64,000 nt of DNA from Trichosphaerium sp. ATCC 40318 (lineage: Eukaryota; Protista; Tubulinea): NCBI GenBank assembly GCA_038496445.1, contig JALMLS010000612.1, positions 124,001 to 188,000 of the forward strand. The letters are read 5' to 3'. The notes under the pieces were generated by a model. The model had not been told where the DNA came from. It saw only the letters and a program-made list of their open reading frames with translations, and made no database searches. Made by a program: the position numbers and the translations under genes. Shown here in pieces: positions 24,758 through 37,190 of the stretch. Positions within the stretch are counted from its first letter, which is position 1. Each line of letters starts with the position of its first letter.

Positions 24758-25319
24758 CTACCTGATTACAAATTTGACAACGCAGTTATCACCTCCACCT
24801 TGTAAAACAAGAACAGTAGAAGGCTCAGCTTCGCTATGGTTGCTTCCAGAGTAAGGATTTGAAGTAGTTAATCTAATCTCTTTTCCTGTCTTGACATCTT
24901 TGTACCATACTCTCGCAATTGTCACTCCTGTCATGAAGCCATGGCTCTCACATCCGTAACCTTCAGCAGTGCCGGCTTTGATTTCGGAGGGAGGAAGCAT
25001 TGAACTACTCCAGACGCCTATACAGAATACATTAGAGAACAAATTTTAGTGTTACTCTTGTACCTGAACCGTCAGAGTTCGATTTTGGTTGTGGCGCTTT
25101 GATTAACGAAAGGTCGTTCCCTGTTTTGTTCACAACAATGACATCAACACTACGAGTGGCTCTACCATCTCCAAAGAGATTTAGCTTTAGCCTACTCATC
25201 AGAGTATTACCAATGTCAACGCCTAGCAATTTATAAGACAAGATATATTGTTATCGCATGAACTTTGGTGTACCTTGCTCAATCGCAAACTCAGTTGCTG
25301 CTTTCTTGAATGCTGCCAT
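24758..25319 (-). CDS. Aegerolysin / Cry34-ET79-like small beta-sandwich protein, 3 exons
   Basis: ATRSVDVIVVNKTGNDLSL...GVWSSSMLPPSEIKAG...GCESHGFMTGV...SNPYSGSN...GGGDNCVVKFVI fits the RS-x-x-V-x-N, G-x-W-x-PP, ES-x-GF-x-TG and NP-Y-x-GSN pattern. Confidence 0.6.
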
Positions 25320-25796
25320 TTTATTAAGTGTGAGTGTTGTTCAAGTTGTTGAAGATTATGTTTTATGATTTGCTAGCGCATTCACGTGCACATAAAAATG
25401 CAGCGAACAACAAACTTGCTACCTCAGTGCGGTCTGTCTGTTGTGTTGAACACAGGCTACGATTTTTTGCTGTTTCTAAAAGATACATTACTGACAAGTG
25501 ACGTATACAGACAGTTAAATTTTAAAATGTGAATGCACGTTATAGAGTGCTGACACCATTGAATAAAGTACTGCAAAACCGAACTGTTGAACGAACCTAC
25601 TGTAGTGTAAACAGGAAGCCTTTTTTTTTTTGTCAAAAAACTACAAATAATTGTGAACCGCACGTGAAAGAGTGTTGACACTGTGAATTAAAACAAACGC
25701 TCATCGTTATCCACTTAATATTCAATAGTGGCTTTCAATGGAGTTAAAGTAACAAAGCGAAACGATTGACAAGTTGTGTAAACCTGTTTATTGATG

Positions 25797-27313
25797 TCAT
25801 AGCTCGTAGATGTCTACTTTTTCGATTTTTTCTCTTAGCATCTTTTTACCAACAAACAGAACGCCTGCTATGCTTACTAAGAGAAATACAATAGCTGCTG
25901 CTACACTCAAGCCAATACCAATATCTCGTCCGATGGTACCAATAGTTGAACTAGTTGTAGAGGGTGCTTGTGTCAGCATGGCCAAAGGGACGTGGATAGG
26001 AGCCGAAGGAGGAGATATAGGTGAACTCGTTGTCGGAATTACAGTAGGCTGCATGTGAGCTGGTTGATTTGTAGGTGACATTTTTGGTGCTATTGAAAGT
26101 GCTGATGTGGGACTAAGAGAAGGAGATAGAGTAGGTACACCAGTTGTAGGTGGAGGAGTACTTGGGGTAATAGTAGGTGGTCGCGTTGGCTGTCTTGTGG
26201 GAGATAGTGTTGGGGGGAAAGAAGGCTGCCGTGTTGGTGCTGTAGTCGTAGGTGAAGCAGTGCTTGGAGCAAGAGTAGGCGGTTGTGTTGGCGGTTCTGT
26301 TGGGTAAGGTGTTGTAGGCATAAACATAGAATAACTAAGGCACCCTGTATGAGTAGGGGTGCCACATGGCGTAGCAAGCCTAGTATCTCGGAGAAGACGT
26401 GTTTCTGTTGTGTTGTAGTTCAGTATCGCAAAATAAACACCCGACTGTCCAATAGAATGGTATTTGTCATACGGCTGATGTAGCTTATATGGCAATCTGA
26501 TGAATGAAGGAGGAATATCGCTATGATTATATACTGATGTCAAGTCGAACTCGAATACGTACTCGTCAAGTGTTTGTAACAAAAGACGATCATTGTAGGG
26601 ATCGAAATAAAACAATACAGCATACCAATATGGTATGAGTCTGTGAGAATACTCATATGTCATATTTATACCAGTGTTCAAGTCGTAGGTTTCCAGAAGA
26701 TATGCTCCAAGACGAGAGTCTATATCATTACGGAATCCAAAAAGCCAATTTCTTTTTGGATCATAAACAGGGTTAACACCGTTCCAATGATCAAAGTATG
26801 ATAATGAGCACGTGACTGGATCATATTGCCATAACTGGCCAACAACCATGTTTCCTCTGTGTCCGTACACAACTTCTCCAAAACCAGATATTAAAACTCT
26901 TTGTAGGGAGTCTACCCATACCATCCCACCTCTAAAAGGGATTGGTGGCAAAATACCTGCAGAAACATCAGTAACGATAAATCTTCTACTCTTACTTTAC
27001 CTTCTACTGTTACGTTGCAAACAGAATAGTATTGGTCGCGCTCTGACCCAAAGTATACCGACCTCATTACTTGACCATCAAACGCGTAAAATTCTTGAGT
27101 CTGCGTGTTGGCACCACCCCATGCGAGACAGCTTGGGAACTTCGGCGAAATCCTACTGTTTTCAACACTCCTTTCAAACGATACAATTTCTATCCCGCCT
27201 GGTTTGACCACAAGCCGGAAATATGCAGCTTCCAGGTCCTCACAGCAAACTAAAGTACCCATGGAGTACAATAAGAGCAAGACGTGAAGTTGTGGGAGAA
27301 GAGTGAGTGCCAT
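25797..27313 (-). CDS. Type I membrane protein: signal peptide, beta-propeller-like ectodomain, Pro/Thr/Ser stalk, one TM helix; intron 26957-27000
   Basis: A 44-nt GT-AG intron joins the two supplied ORFs in frame (VEG|ILPPIPF). PTxxPT repeats; TM IGIGLSVAAAIVFLLVSIAGVLFV. Confidence 0.8.
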
Positions 27314-28026
27314 GTTAAGTTCAATAAATTATTAACAATTCACGTGTTGCTATTTAAGGGAATCAACCATCTTGTGAACAAAAGTAAACGCTTGAATTGT
27401 GTAGCACAAAAGGTAGTACAACAATCTGTATATTTGTTAACCAAGTCGCGTGTCTGCGACTTACTTTTGTTTTTTTGTTACAGTTACAATTACAGTTAAA
27501 CTATAAGCGATTAGCTCATAGACAAGGGTATTGCACATAGCCATTACTTTGACGCTGTTTCGAACCAAAGATTGAGTTAATGTCTTGACTGAGGTTTGTG
27601 GCACGTGACCTGTGACCTACTCCTCCCCTGCCATAACATTAGTAAACTTCAACCTAGGTACTATCTATTTTAAAGCCAAGAAAATTTTTGTTTGCGTTGG
27701 TTAAAACGTGCTAGAGAAATTATTGAAGAAGTAGATACTTAGCACCTGACATAGTAAATAAGTTCTCCATCCTTACACTTAGTCTAAGTTTGCGATGACC
27801 ATTTTACTGGATGTGTTACAATGTTTGTGTAGCCAACGCAACAAAACTGTGAAATACAGTACCCTTTGGTGTAAGTTCTTAAGCACCTGTGACTTTTGAG
27901 TAACAGGATGAAGGATGACATAATGCTGTATTTATTAGGCGTTTTACCAAAGCACAGTATGAGTTACAACTTCTAGTTTGAACATGATTTTTTTTTTCGA
28001 AGCATTTCTTTTTTTTTAATTCTTAA

Positions 28027-31000
28027 TTATTCTTGTCCTGGGGTAGGTGGAAAGTCTTTAAAGAATTCAGCAGATGCCTTGAATTCTTCAGAATCATTAA
28101 TATAAGTAACACCTTGTTCTTTTTCCTCAGGTAAGTCATGCTTGTTACCAAAGACTTGAATACTCATTTTTTTCCTAAATAAGTTTTAGCAAGAAAAAAA
28201 AAACAGACGGTTTCCTCCTTGCAATGTAGAAGAAAATTAATATAATCGTACCTTGATGACTTATCAGATATATGAGTGTTAAAGAAAGATATTAATTCTT
28301 CTTTAGTAATATCCTTAAGAGCATCAACTTCAACTTGATTTCTGTCATAGAAATACTGATTTGTAGATATTTCACCAATGAAGCGAAGAGCTTCCTTGTA
28401 CATATTTGCAGGCTTCTCAAGTTTCTTGACAGTCAATGCACGTTTGTGTTCTTCAAGCTCTTCTGGTTTCATATCTGCCAATATGGTCTAAAGAAGCGTT
28501 TTAACAAACCAGAAAAAAACGAGAAAAAAAAAATTTTACTTCTTCCACAACAATAGTACGATTTTTGAATAAAACTTGTCTCAAAGACGTAAAATACTCG
28601 TTGATTATGAACCAAAACTTGATAGGAGAAAAAAAAATAGTACAAGCTCGAAAGTTATTGTAGAAAGACAAGTCATACCTTTGCTTGTTCAATGAATGAT
28701 TCTATGCGTTCATCGAGATACTTAGCGTCCTTTGTACTACTCTGAATGATAACACGCCAACAAGATATTCTTTGAGTTGTCTCGAGTGATGACCATACAA
28801 TGTAACCAAGTTGTTCTTTAGTACGCAATTGATCAAAAGCAGGTTCCTTTACAAAAAAAAAAGTCAACAAAAAAAGAACAAAATCTCCAATTCTACGTAC
28901 CACAAGGATATCAGCTAGTAGTGCTATTCTAGCATTATGTTTATAGTCGTCTTCATAACCTTTAACAAAAGTATTAACCATTTATATTTTGAGTACGAAG
29001 ACCTTGACTTTAAAAACCATACCAACTTGATAACAATTACAAATCGCGGAATTTTCATCATCAGGGTTTCTTCCATTCATTCTATACACAACAGGTTTAC
29101 CAGGTTGTACACTTACCATCTGTCTTTCGTATGTTTTATGTACGCTTGAAGGTTTTAAGATATTTGTAACCTCATCAGCTACATCCAAAGCAGATTGCTT
29201 TGTCATATTTCCAGAGAATAAATACTCAACATGGAAATCATCCATGAAAGACTTAAGATGCTTCTGACATTCTTCAGCAGTTAATTCATCAATAACAGTG
29301 AGTTTTACATCACGTGATATAAATGGTTGAATAGTAGAAGCATTAAGAAAGTAGCTCACAAGACTATACGGTTTGCTCTTGTCAAAGTTATCAAGAGAAC
29401 GTTTCACCTACAAAAAAAGTAAGCAAAAAAAACATCAAAAAAAAATAGGCTGGAACTGTTCGTGTCACGTGAACACCTTTAGAAAATAAAACATATTTGT
29501 GGGTATCAACATAAACTATAGCGGAAAAACAAATTATGTTCAAGACGTACTTTGTTTCTCAGGATGTTGAAGCGGTCAGGTTTAATCTCAAGAGTACGTA
29601 ATGTTTGTAAAATCTTTTTAATAAGAAGAGGAAGCTTATGATCAAATCCAGCTGATTTAACTTCAATACCATACCAAGCCCAACCCAAGTCAAATCCTAC
29701 GCCTGCCACTTGAGAGTAGTATGTAAACTAGAAAACATGTTACGAATTCATAAAGAAACATTGAAAAAATATATCAAAACACGCTGTACCTCATTGATGG
29801 CGTCTTTAACAAGCTTAGTGATAATTTGAGTATACAATGCACTCTTTGGGCTTTTATACACTGCTTGAGAGCATAATCTGACATATATCACTTCTTTAGG
29901 TTCCTATTCAAACCCATGAGCGCTTTGTTCAAGATATCTTGAAAGTATAAACTCGTACATTGAAAATACAATCCTTCTTGTACCAAACGTTGTCTCTTAT
30001 CTTTACAGGGTATTTACCCTTTAGATCTTCAACAGGTTTTAAATCAAGTTCATATGGTATGAAAGGATTAACAGATGGCAAGAACAATCCTGGGTCAATA
30101 TCATTACTCCTCCAACTCTAACAACAGTTTGTCAGCTTCAACTCAAAGCAATACGAGTTAAACTACGCACATCCAAAGTTTCTTCTGAGATTGTTGAAGT
30201 AACATACTTAGTCTTGTACCAATATTCCTCATTTACAGCTTCTTTAGCAAAGTCTAATGAAGCTTGAAATACCCTGTTGACAACGCAATTAGATAACAGC
30301 TTTTTCAAAAAGAAATGGGTATGTAATAGATTGTCGCATTTCTTCATTCCGTACAATAAATTATCAGGTGTCATTAGATTCAGATAACTCATTACTAGCT
30401 CTGGCTCATATTCCTCGACCTAGAAATAATTAATTAATCAACGTGATGTACTTTAAAACAAAGAAACTAAGTTTTGTACTTCAATTGTCACAAAAATATT
30501 AACTTACCAGCCATGTTCCCGAAAGAATGTCATTATCGGAGTAATGATGCAAATTTCCTGCTATTCTACTCGCATATGATGTAGGACGCTCTTTTGATAG
30601 AAACCTAAATTTGGTTTCTGACATTTTTGCGTTTTCTTCATGAATCCATTTCTAAATTAAAAAAATCAACACTGATAGAGGCTCTATTGCTTTTTGGTCG
30701 ATCAAAAGTTAAATACACGTTGCGTTTTTTGTAATTACAGAAACAACGCAAAGCACCAATATGGAAGAAACTTGTCTTGAAACAGGTAATGTTCAACAAA
30801 CAAACAAAAATTGCATCCAGAAAAAATTTTATCGATAAAAACATTACATACCTGAACACCCTCCTTCTTTTGTAATGCAATATAGTCGAAGATAAGCTTT
30901 GTAATCTCGTCCATTTTACCTTTATACAAACATAAGTGTGAGAAAGGACATAGGAGACCTTAGTATAGAAGTGATAGCCCTCAACGACTTACCTGTACCA

Positions 31001-32779
31001 ACTTTTGTTAATTCTACTTCAACAAAGAATATACAAAAGTCTGCAGCATTCTTATATGATCCAGCACAAAGACTATTAGCCCATCTAATATACCAAATAA
31101 ATACAAATTATAACAACAACACAAGCGCTAAAAACAACAAACAGAAAAAGGTTTTTCAACATCAAAAAAAATCCAAAACTCACCCTTTCTTTTTAATCAA
31201 TGCAAAGATACTGCCGTCACCTTTTTGATTATTAAAGTTAGATATCTTATCCCAAACAAACAGTAATATTTTTGCGTACTTTCGTGACCTAACAAGTGTG
31301 ACAAGTAGTCACCAGGTTTCGATTTATAATGTGCACGTGTTGATGGCTATAATGTATCTTTAGCTAGTTTTTTGTTCACTTGCACGAGTGTAAAAATTGG
31401 GACACAGTCGTACTATTTTCCACATGAGTGTAAGACTTGGGATATCCTTAACAGGTACAAATTTTACGAGTTTTTTCATGTTTTCTGGTAAAAACACGCT
31501 AATGTCACGCTCAATGTATGATACAGGCGATTTTAACTCCGGTTTATGGTCAATATCAGAGAACAGCTCGGTAACAAAACTTGCAAGTTCATCCAAAGGA
31601 TCTACGAAAGTAATACATCAATCAACAGTTATTACAGCCAAAAAAAAAAAGTTTCAAAAAAAACGCAACAAACCTTTGCCTACGATACATAACTTCATTA
31701 TGTGAGATGAATAGTATTTTGAGTGGAACTCCAGTAACGCTTCTCTAACCTATAATAAATTTAAGATATGAAACGACAATACATGGATTGTAAAACAACG
31801 TACATCAATACCCTTCGATTCAGGTATTGTTTTCAAAGTATCCATGTTACCAGTACTGAACTTGATATCTCAGTAAGTATCACACTATCATAATTTATTG
31901 TACCCTAGAGTATGGGTGCTCCTGATTCGCATGCTTCTTCACTAATTGTGAGATTCTCCAAGGGTCAGATTGCAGATTTTTAGAGTTTTCTAAACAATTT
32001 TAAGTCAACTTTAAACATTTTTTTCTTTTTGAAGGGTTACCTGAATCTACAGCCTTCAATTCTCTATCTGTACTGTCTTGATTGAACAATGGTGAAATAA
32101 AGAACTGAGCAAACCTACAATTACGATTACACAACACTTACAACAAGAACAAATAAATGATAATTATTCGCGGATTTTTTGGCTTCCATACCGATCTAGA
32201 GCACCTAAACAATTAGTTATAAGTAAAAACAAACTGATAATGCTGCTAACATACCTTTTAGTGCTTCTGGAGCTACTTCAAAGTAGTAATTTGTCGTTTC
32301 ACTAAAAAGTTTCAGTTAACATCACAGACGTCAAATGGAATTCCAATCGTATTACCTGCTAGTGTACGCATTGCTATGACCACCATGAGTCGTCAAATAT
32401 TTTTCGTATTCATTCTCATCAGGGAACTTTTTAGAACCTAACAGTACGTTAATACGCGCTCCGCAAAAGCAATGAACGCACCCATGAAGAGCATGTGCTC
32501 GCAAAAGTGAGCTAAGCCAGGGAGCGATTCTGGATCGTGAAACGAACCAACACCAACAGCCATAGCGGCTGCAGATTTATCCGTGTCTAGTGGTGAGTGA
32601 TAAGTTGTTGGTTTCAGAAAATCGAATAGCATACCTGCATCTGATACAAGCAAACAATGTAACTTGTTTGGTAGGGTAACAAAGCGATATTCGCGCTTGT
32701 CAGTTTCTTTTAATCGTTAATAAGCTTATTGCAAATCATAGAGCATACCAGGCTTTCTAGGCGATGTACTGGTTGCCAT
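28027..32779 (-). CDS. IDE: Insulysin / M16A metallopeptidase (IDE/Ste23-like), many short exons
   Basis: [32 protein letters not shown] (inverted HxxEH), [37 protein letters not shown]. Confidence 0.93.
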
Positions 32780-33077
32780 TTGCCTTAAATTAATCCTATT
32801 AACGAGCACTAGCCGTTTAGTTTGAAAACCTCTTACGGAGAGTTGTTGTAACCTCAAAATGGTGGATGAGCCTTTTTTTGAACGCTAAAACAGACAAAGT
32901 CAGTGTACAGTCTTTTTCACATGCCGAGTGTCAATGCCTCTTTACAAGTTTATTACGCACAGCTTAGATCGCACAGCGCACCAACAAACGCTTAGAAGTA
33001 AAAATAAGCGATAAATTTTGCGTAAAACGTGGTCAAAATTCATTGTTTGTTGCCCACGTCGAGAGTAATTACAACGC

Positions 33078-33885
33078 ATGTCAGCCGATTTTTCTACGCC
33101 AATAGAGCCGCAGGCCGCAGGGACTACAGCGGAGCCTACAGTTGACCCTATTCAAGATGCAGCTGCAAATGCCGTAATGGCGTCTGCAATGTCATACGCA
33201 AAATCATACATAACTGCTGTAGCACCAGACACAAGTTTTACAAACTTTCGCTCAATTAGCGTTTTTTGCAGCCGCGAACGCTTGTCATTCCCAGCAGTAT
33301 CACAAATATTCAATAGACTACGTTCCAATCTCATTTACTATCAAACAAATTATATGGCAATTATCTTCTTAATAGCACTCTATTCAGCGTACGCCTATTT
33401 CAAGCCTTCATTGTAAAATCTGACGCTTCATTTAAGATTTACAAGTCCACTTCTTTTAGTCGGTTTGGCGCTCATAGTGTGGACATGGATGTACCTCTTT
33501 AAATGGCGAACAGAGCCAATAAAGGTAATGGGCTTTACAATCCCAGACACATTCAAAATGGTTGTTATAGTAGGAGGTACACGCCAAACTCTCTTAAACT
33601 CTCCACTTTTTGTGCTGATAAAACTCACAGTGACACTTCTCCTTTGCTACTTCACTTCTATCGGTTCAACAGTATTCTGGCTACTATGTGCTAGCGCAGT
33701 CAGTACGTTCCTTGCATTCGAAGCTGAGATACGCTCGGATAACGCCTTTGCTTTCTTTTTTTGTTACTATTCTTATTTTCTTAGTTATCTTCTTGCATGC
33801 TTTATTCCATCAACCGGAGCAAGAGCTTGATGAATTTGGTTTTGGATTTGATGGATTACCAACTACAATGCCAGCTACAACATAA
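33078..33885 (+). CDS. PRA1-family (prenylated Rab acceptor) protein
   Basis: RLRSNLIYYQTNY motif, two hydrophobic hairpins, C-terminal FLHALFH. Confidence 0.85.
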
Positions 33886-34120
33886 TTGCTGTTCAAGTTG
33901 AAGAAACAACACAACAGCAACAATTCCGTTTTTTTAAACCCTTTTCTCTTTTTTTTTGGCTCTTCATCAAGTTGTAGTACTAATAAAAATGATGCGTGCC
34001 AAATGATTCGTTTAAGTACTGAGTTAGCACGTGTGTTGGTAAACAATTTTTCAACTGTTGACTTGGTGCGAATATTTACCTTTATTCTGCCTGAACTAAT
34101 CATTCAAGAATAATTACACC

Positions 34121-35891
34121 ATGGAAGCCGTTGCTGAGATGTTTCCTTCAGTATCAAAGGATGTACTAGCCCAAATATTTGAAATGAACGGAGGAGATCC
34201 TACTAAAACTATAAACTACCTACTTGGCGGTGGTGCGCCACCTCAACAACAACCAGTACGTTATAAGGCATAATAATCGTATACTCATATTAACAAGCCA
34301 AAGAAGAAGCCAAAGCCATCACATAGCGTAAGGAACTCATACTTTATAAATCTGACACAAAGCAGGACGATTACGCTCTAGCGTTAAAACTACAACAACA
34401 AGAAGAACAAAACAAAAGAAAGGACGCAATGGACGCTGTACGCTAATACGGGACCTTACTTGCTAAAACCCACGAAATCAGTGAATTGTAAAACTCATTT
34501 ATATTTATTGCAGGATGAAGCTTTTGCAAGAAAGCTTATGGAAGAAGAAAACCGTAAGATGGGTGTAAAATGTTCATTATCAGGGGAAATGGTACAAGAA
34601 AAAAAAACTCGCTTCCAGCATTGTGACGTTTAGTAAGCTCTAACAAAGCCCGTATAGGTCCCTATAGATGAATTGTATATCCTAGATGACTGTGACTGCA
34701 AGTACGTACCTTAACGATCCGCACAAAAGATAGTTTGGATTGCCAACAATCTTCGACTCAAGATTTTTGACTTAGTTCCTGTTTAGAATCAAGAAAACAT
34801 TGCTTTTGAAGTACATATCAGAGCAAATTACAGTTACAGTCAATCCAAAATGTCCACGTTCGTCTTGTTCAAAGACACTGAGCGTTAGAGACCTCAAGGT
34901 AATGCCAAAAAAAAACTGTAATTCTCACCAAAGCTCAAGCAACTACTACCTGCCAAGAAGAAAAATAGAGGGCCAAAGAACTCTTTTGGGTAACAAAGAA
35001 ATACATACATCACCTATATTAATAGTCTATTAGAATGGTACCAACACGAGGATCAGCAAATGCATCAAAACGTATTACAGAAGAGCTAAAACATATTCTT
35101 AAATCCGAACCTCATAAAAATGGTAATCAATCTTATTGTTTCAATGTCGAGATCTTCCTTTCTGTTAATACCTCATTTTTAGGTTATGCTGTTGAACCTA
35201 TTAACGATAACTTGTATCTATGGGAGTTACGTTTATTCAATTTTGAACCAAAGGATGCACTTGCAAAAGACCTTAAAAGGATGAAGATGGTCAGTCTTTT
35301 TTTTTTTTGGCTTATTACTCACGAGGTTTTTTAGGATTACATTACAGCACATATCACATTCCCAAATTCTTATCCTTTTAATCCACCATTTATAAGAATC
35401 ATAAGGCCTCGATTTGCATTCAGGACTGGACACGTGCGTTTATTAAGAACCAAACATTCACGAAAAAATATTGAATTTCGTTCTGAAACAAAAAATAATC
35501 TCTTTGTCAGGTGACTATTGGTGGAAGTATTTGTATGGAATTATTGACGAATTCAGGATGGACAGCAGGTACAATACAAACCACATTTTTACATGCCTTT
35601 AATGGATTATTATTAAACTTCTTTTCAGCAAATACAGTTGAAGCCGTCATTATGTCAATACGAGCACAACTAATGGATGGTAATGCTCGATTGGATTTAA
35701 GGTACACTTTTTCTCTTTGCTTACAACTTTGTTGACATTATTTTTCTAGCAACCGATCCGATTACAGCCTCGCAGAAGCTAAAGAAGTACGTCATTTCAT
35801 TTGAAAAAAAAAACTACAAAAAAAATGACACTTTCGATTAACGCCACACTAGGCTTTCAACAGGATGGTCAGAACTCATGGCTGGTATTGA
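34121..35891 (+). CDS. CUE + UIM/MIU-like helices + degenerate RING + UBE2Q-like ubiquitin-conjugating enzyme
   Basis: EMFPSVSKDVLAQIFEMNGGDPTKTINYLL (CUE); DDYALALKLQQQEE and DEAFARKLMEEE; RING-like C...CDC...CPRSSC; UBC domain with YPFNPPFIRIIRPRF..GHVTIGGSICMELLT..GW and AFNRMVRTHGW. Confidence 0.85.
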
Positions 35892-36098
35892 TAAATACCG
35901 GTTCAATAAATATACTATTAAGTTAACTAAAAACTTTCATTGAGCTTCAGAAAACGCCAAAATAAAAAAAAAAGGAAAGAGAAAAAAAGAAAAAATAAAA
36001 ACAATAAAGTTTGTTTATGTACAACGTTAATGTATTTTTCATGATTTTTTTGAAATGTTTCTGTTATTTCTCGTTCGTTTGAGGCAATAATTTCCTTT

Positions 36099-36734
36099 CT
36101 AGAGGTCATCAATGTCATCATCTTCAATTTTTTGCTTGGCAGGTGCACCAGTTGGTTTAGCACGAACAGCAGGTTCTGGTGTGTCGTAGTACTCGTACTC
36201 ATCGTCAGAGTCATCAGAAAACTCAATATCGAAGCCTCTAGGCTTATTTTGAGGAGCAATACCAGGACCAGAGTCCTCTTCGTCGTCATCAGAGCCTTCT
36301 GCATCGAAAGAAAAACCCAGATTACCCATGCGATCATTTCCACCGCGCTTATCGTCTCCAGCGTCGGCTAATTCATCAACATTAAGGGTTTTTGGGAGCT
36401 CACCGCGCTTCTGCAAAATACGAACTTGGTCTGGCATATATTTCATAACAACATCTGCCTTGGCGTCCTGGTAATCACGAAGTTGAACCAAAACAATATC
36501 TCCCAAGTTAATTCTTTTGAACCGATTTACGCGTTTCTTCATAGACCCCCGAATATGACACATACGGTTCTTACCATCGAAACAGTGAACCTCCAAGCGT
36601 CCGTTTCCGAAAAACTTGAGGACTTTGCCGTACTCTTGGCCGGCTTCTTTAACATCAGTTACTCTCTGCTCTACTCTACCAGCGTTCTTTCGTCTCCTCT
36701 TGTTCTTGCCCTTCTTTTTACCCTTTTGACTCAT
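36099..36734 (-). CDS. eIF1A: Eukaryotic initiation factor 1A family, divergent, intronless, long acidic tail
   Basis: GQEYGKVLKFFGNGRLEVHCFDG..RMCHIRG...GDIVLVQLRDYQDAKADVVMKY; ends DDDIDDL. Confidence 0.88.
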   Translation of the reverse strand: MSQKGKKKGKNKRRRKNAGRVEQRVTDVKEAGQEYGKVLKFFGNGRLEVHCFDGKNRMCHIRGSMKKRVNRFKRINLGDIVLVQLRDYQDAKADVVMKYMPDQVRILQKRGELPKTLNVDELADAGDDKRGGNDRMGNLGFSFDAEGSDDDEEDSGPGIAPQNKPRGFDIEFSDDSDDEYEYYDTPEPAVRAKPTGAPAKQKIEDDDIDDL

Positions 36735-37190
36735 GTTTTGTATTAATTAACTCTTCTTCGCTCGTACGCGTTGGTTTTGTACTGTGTAGGATAAATTAGA
36801 AAGGAGATTCACCAAAATATCCCACACAAGAAAAACGTTGGAACTTTTGTGAGGGAAATTTCTCGTTCACGTAGCGAGCTTTGAAATACACTTTTTTTGT
36901 GGAATGTAATTACGCTACCAGAAACCCAGAATTTGCAGTGAAGCACTTCGGATTCACTGTTGGCACAGTACAAATTATTGGTATGCTCGTTTACACTTAA
37001 AAGGCCCTTTGAAGCGCTTCCCACGCGTCAAGGAGTGCCAGTCAGAACCAAGAGGCTCTAGTCGGCATCACTATTCTGGCGCTTGTTAACGTCAATTCGT
37101 AACGTAGCAGTCACAATAACACGCAGTAGGGAGGCTACCACATTCATTTCTTTTTGAAACTTTTACATTATAAGACAGCCACCAAATCCT

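Noticed and set aside
26912-27000. Apparent frameshift between two overlapping minus-strand ORFs
   Set aside because: Resolved by a 44-nt intron (26957-27000).
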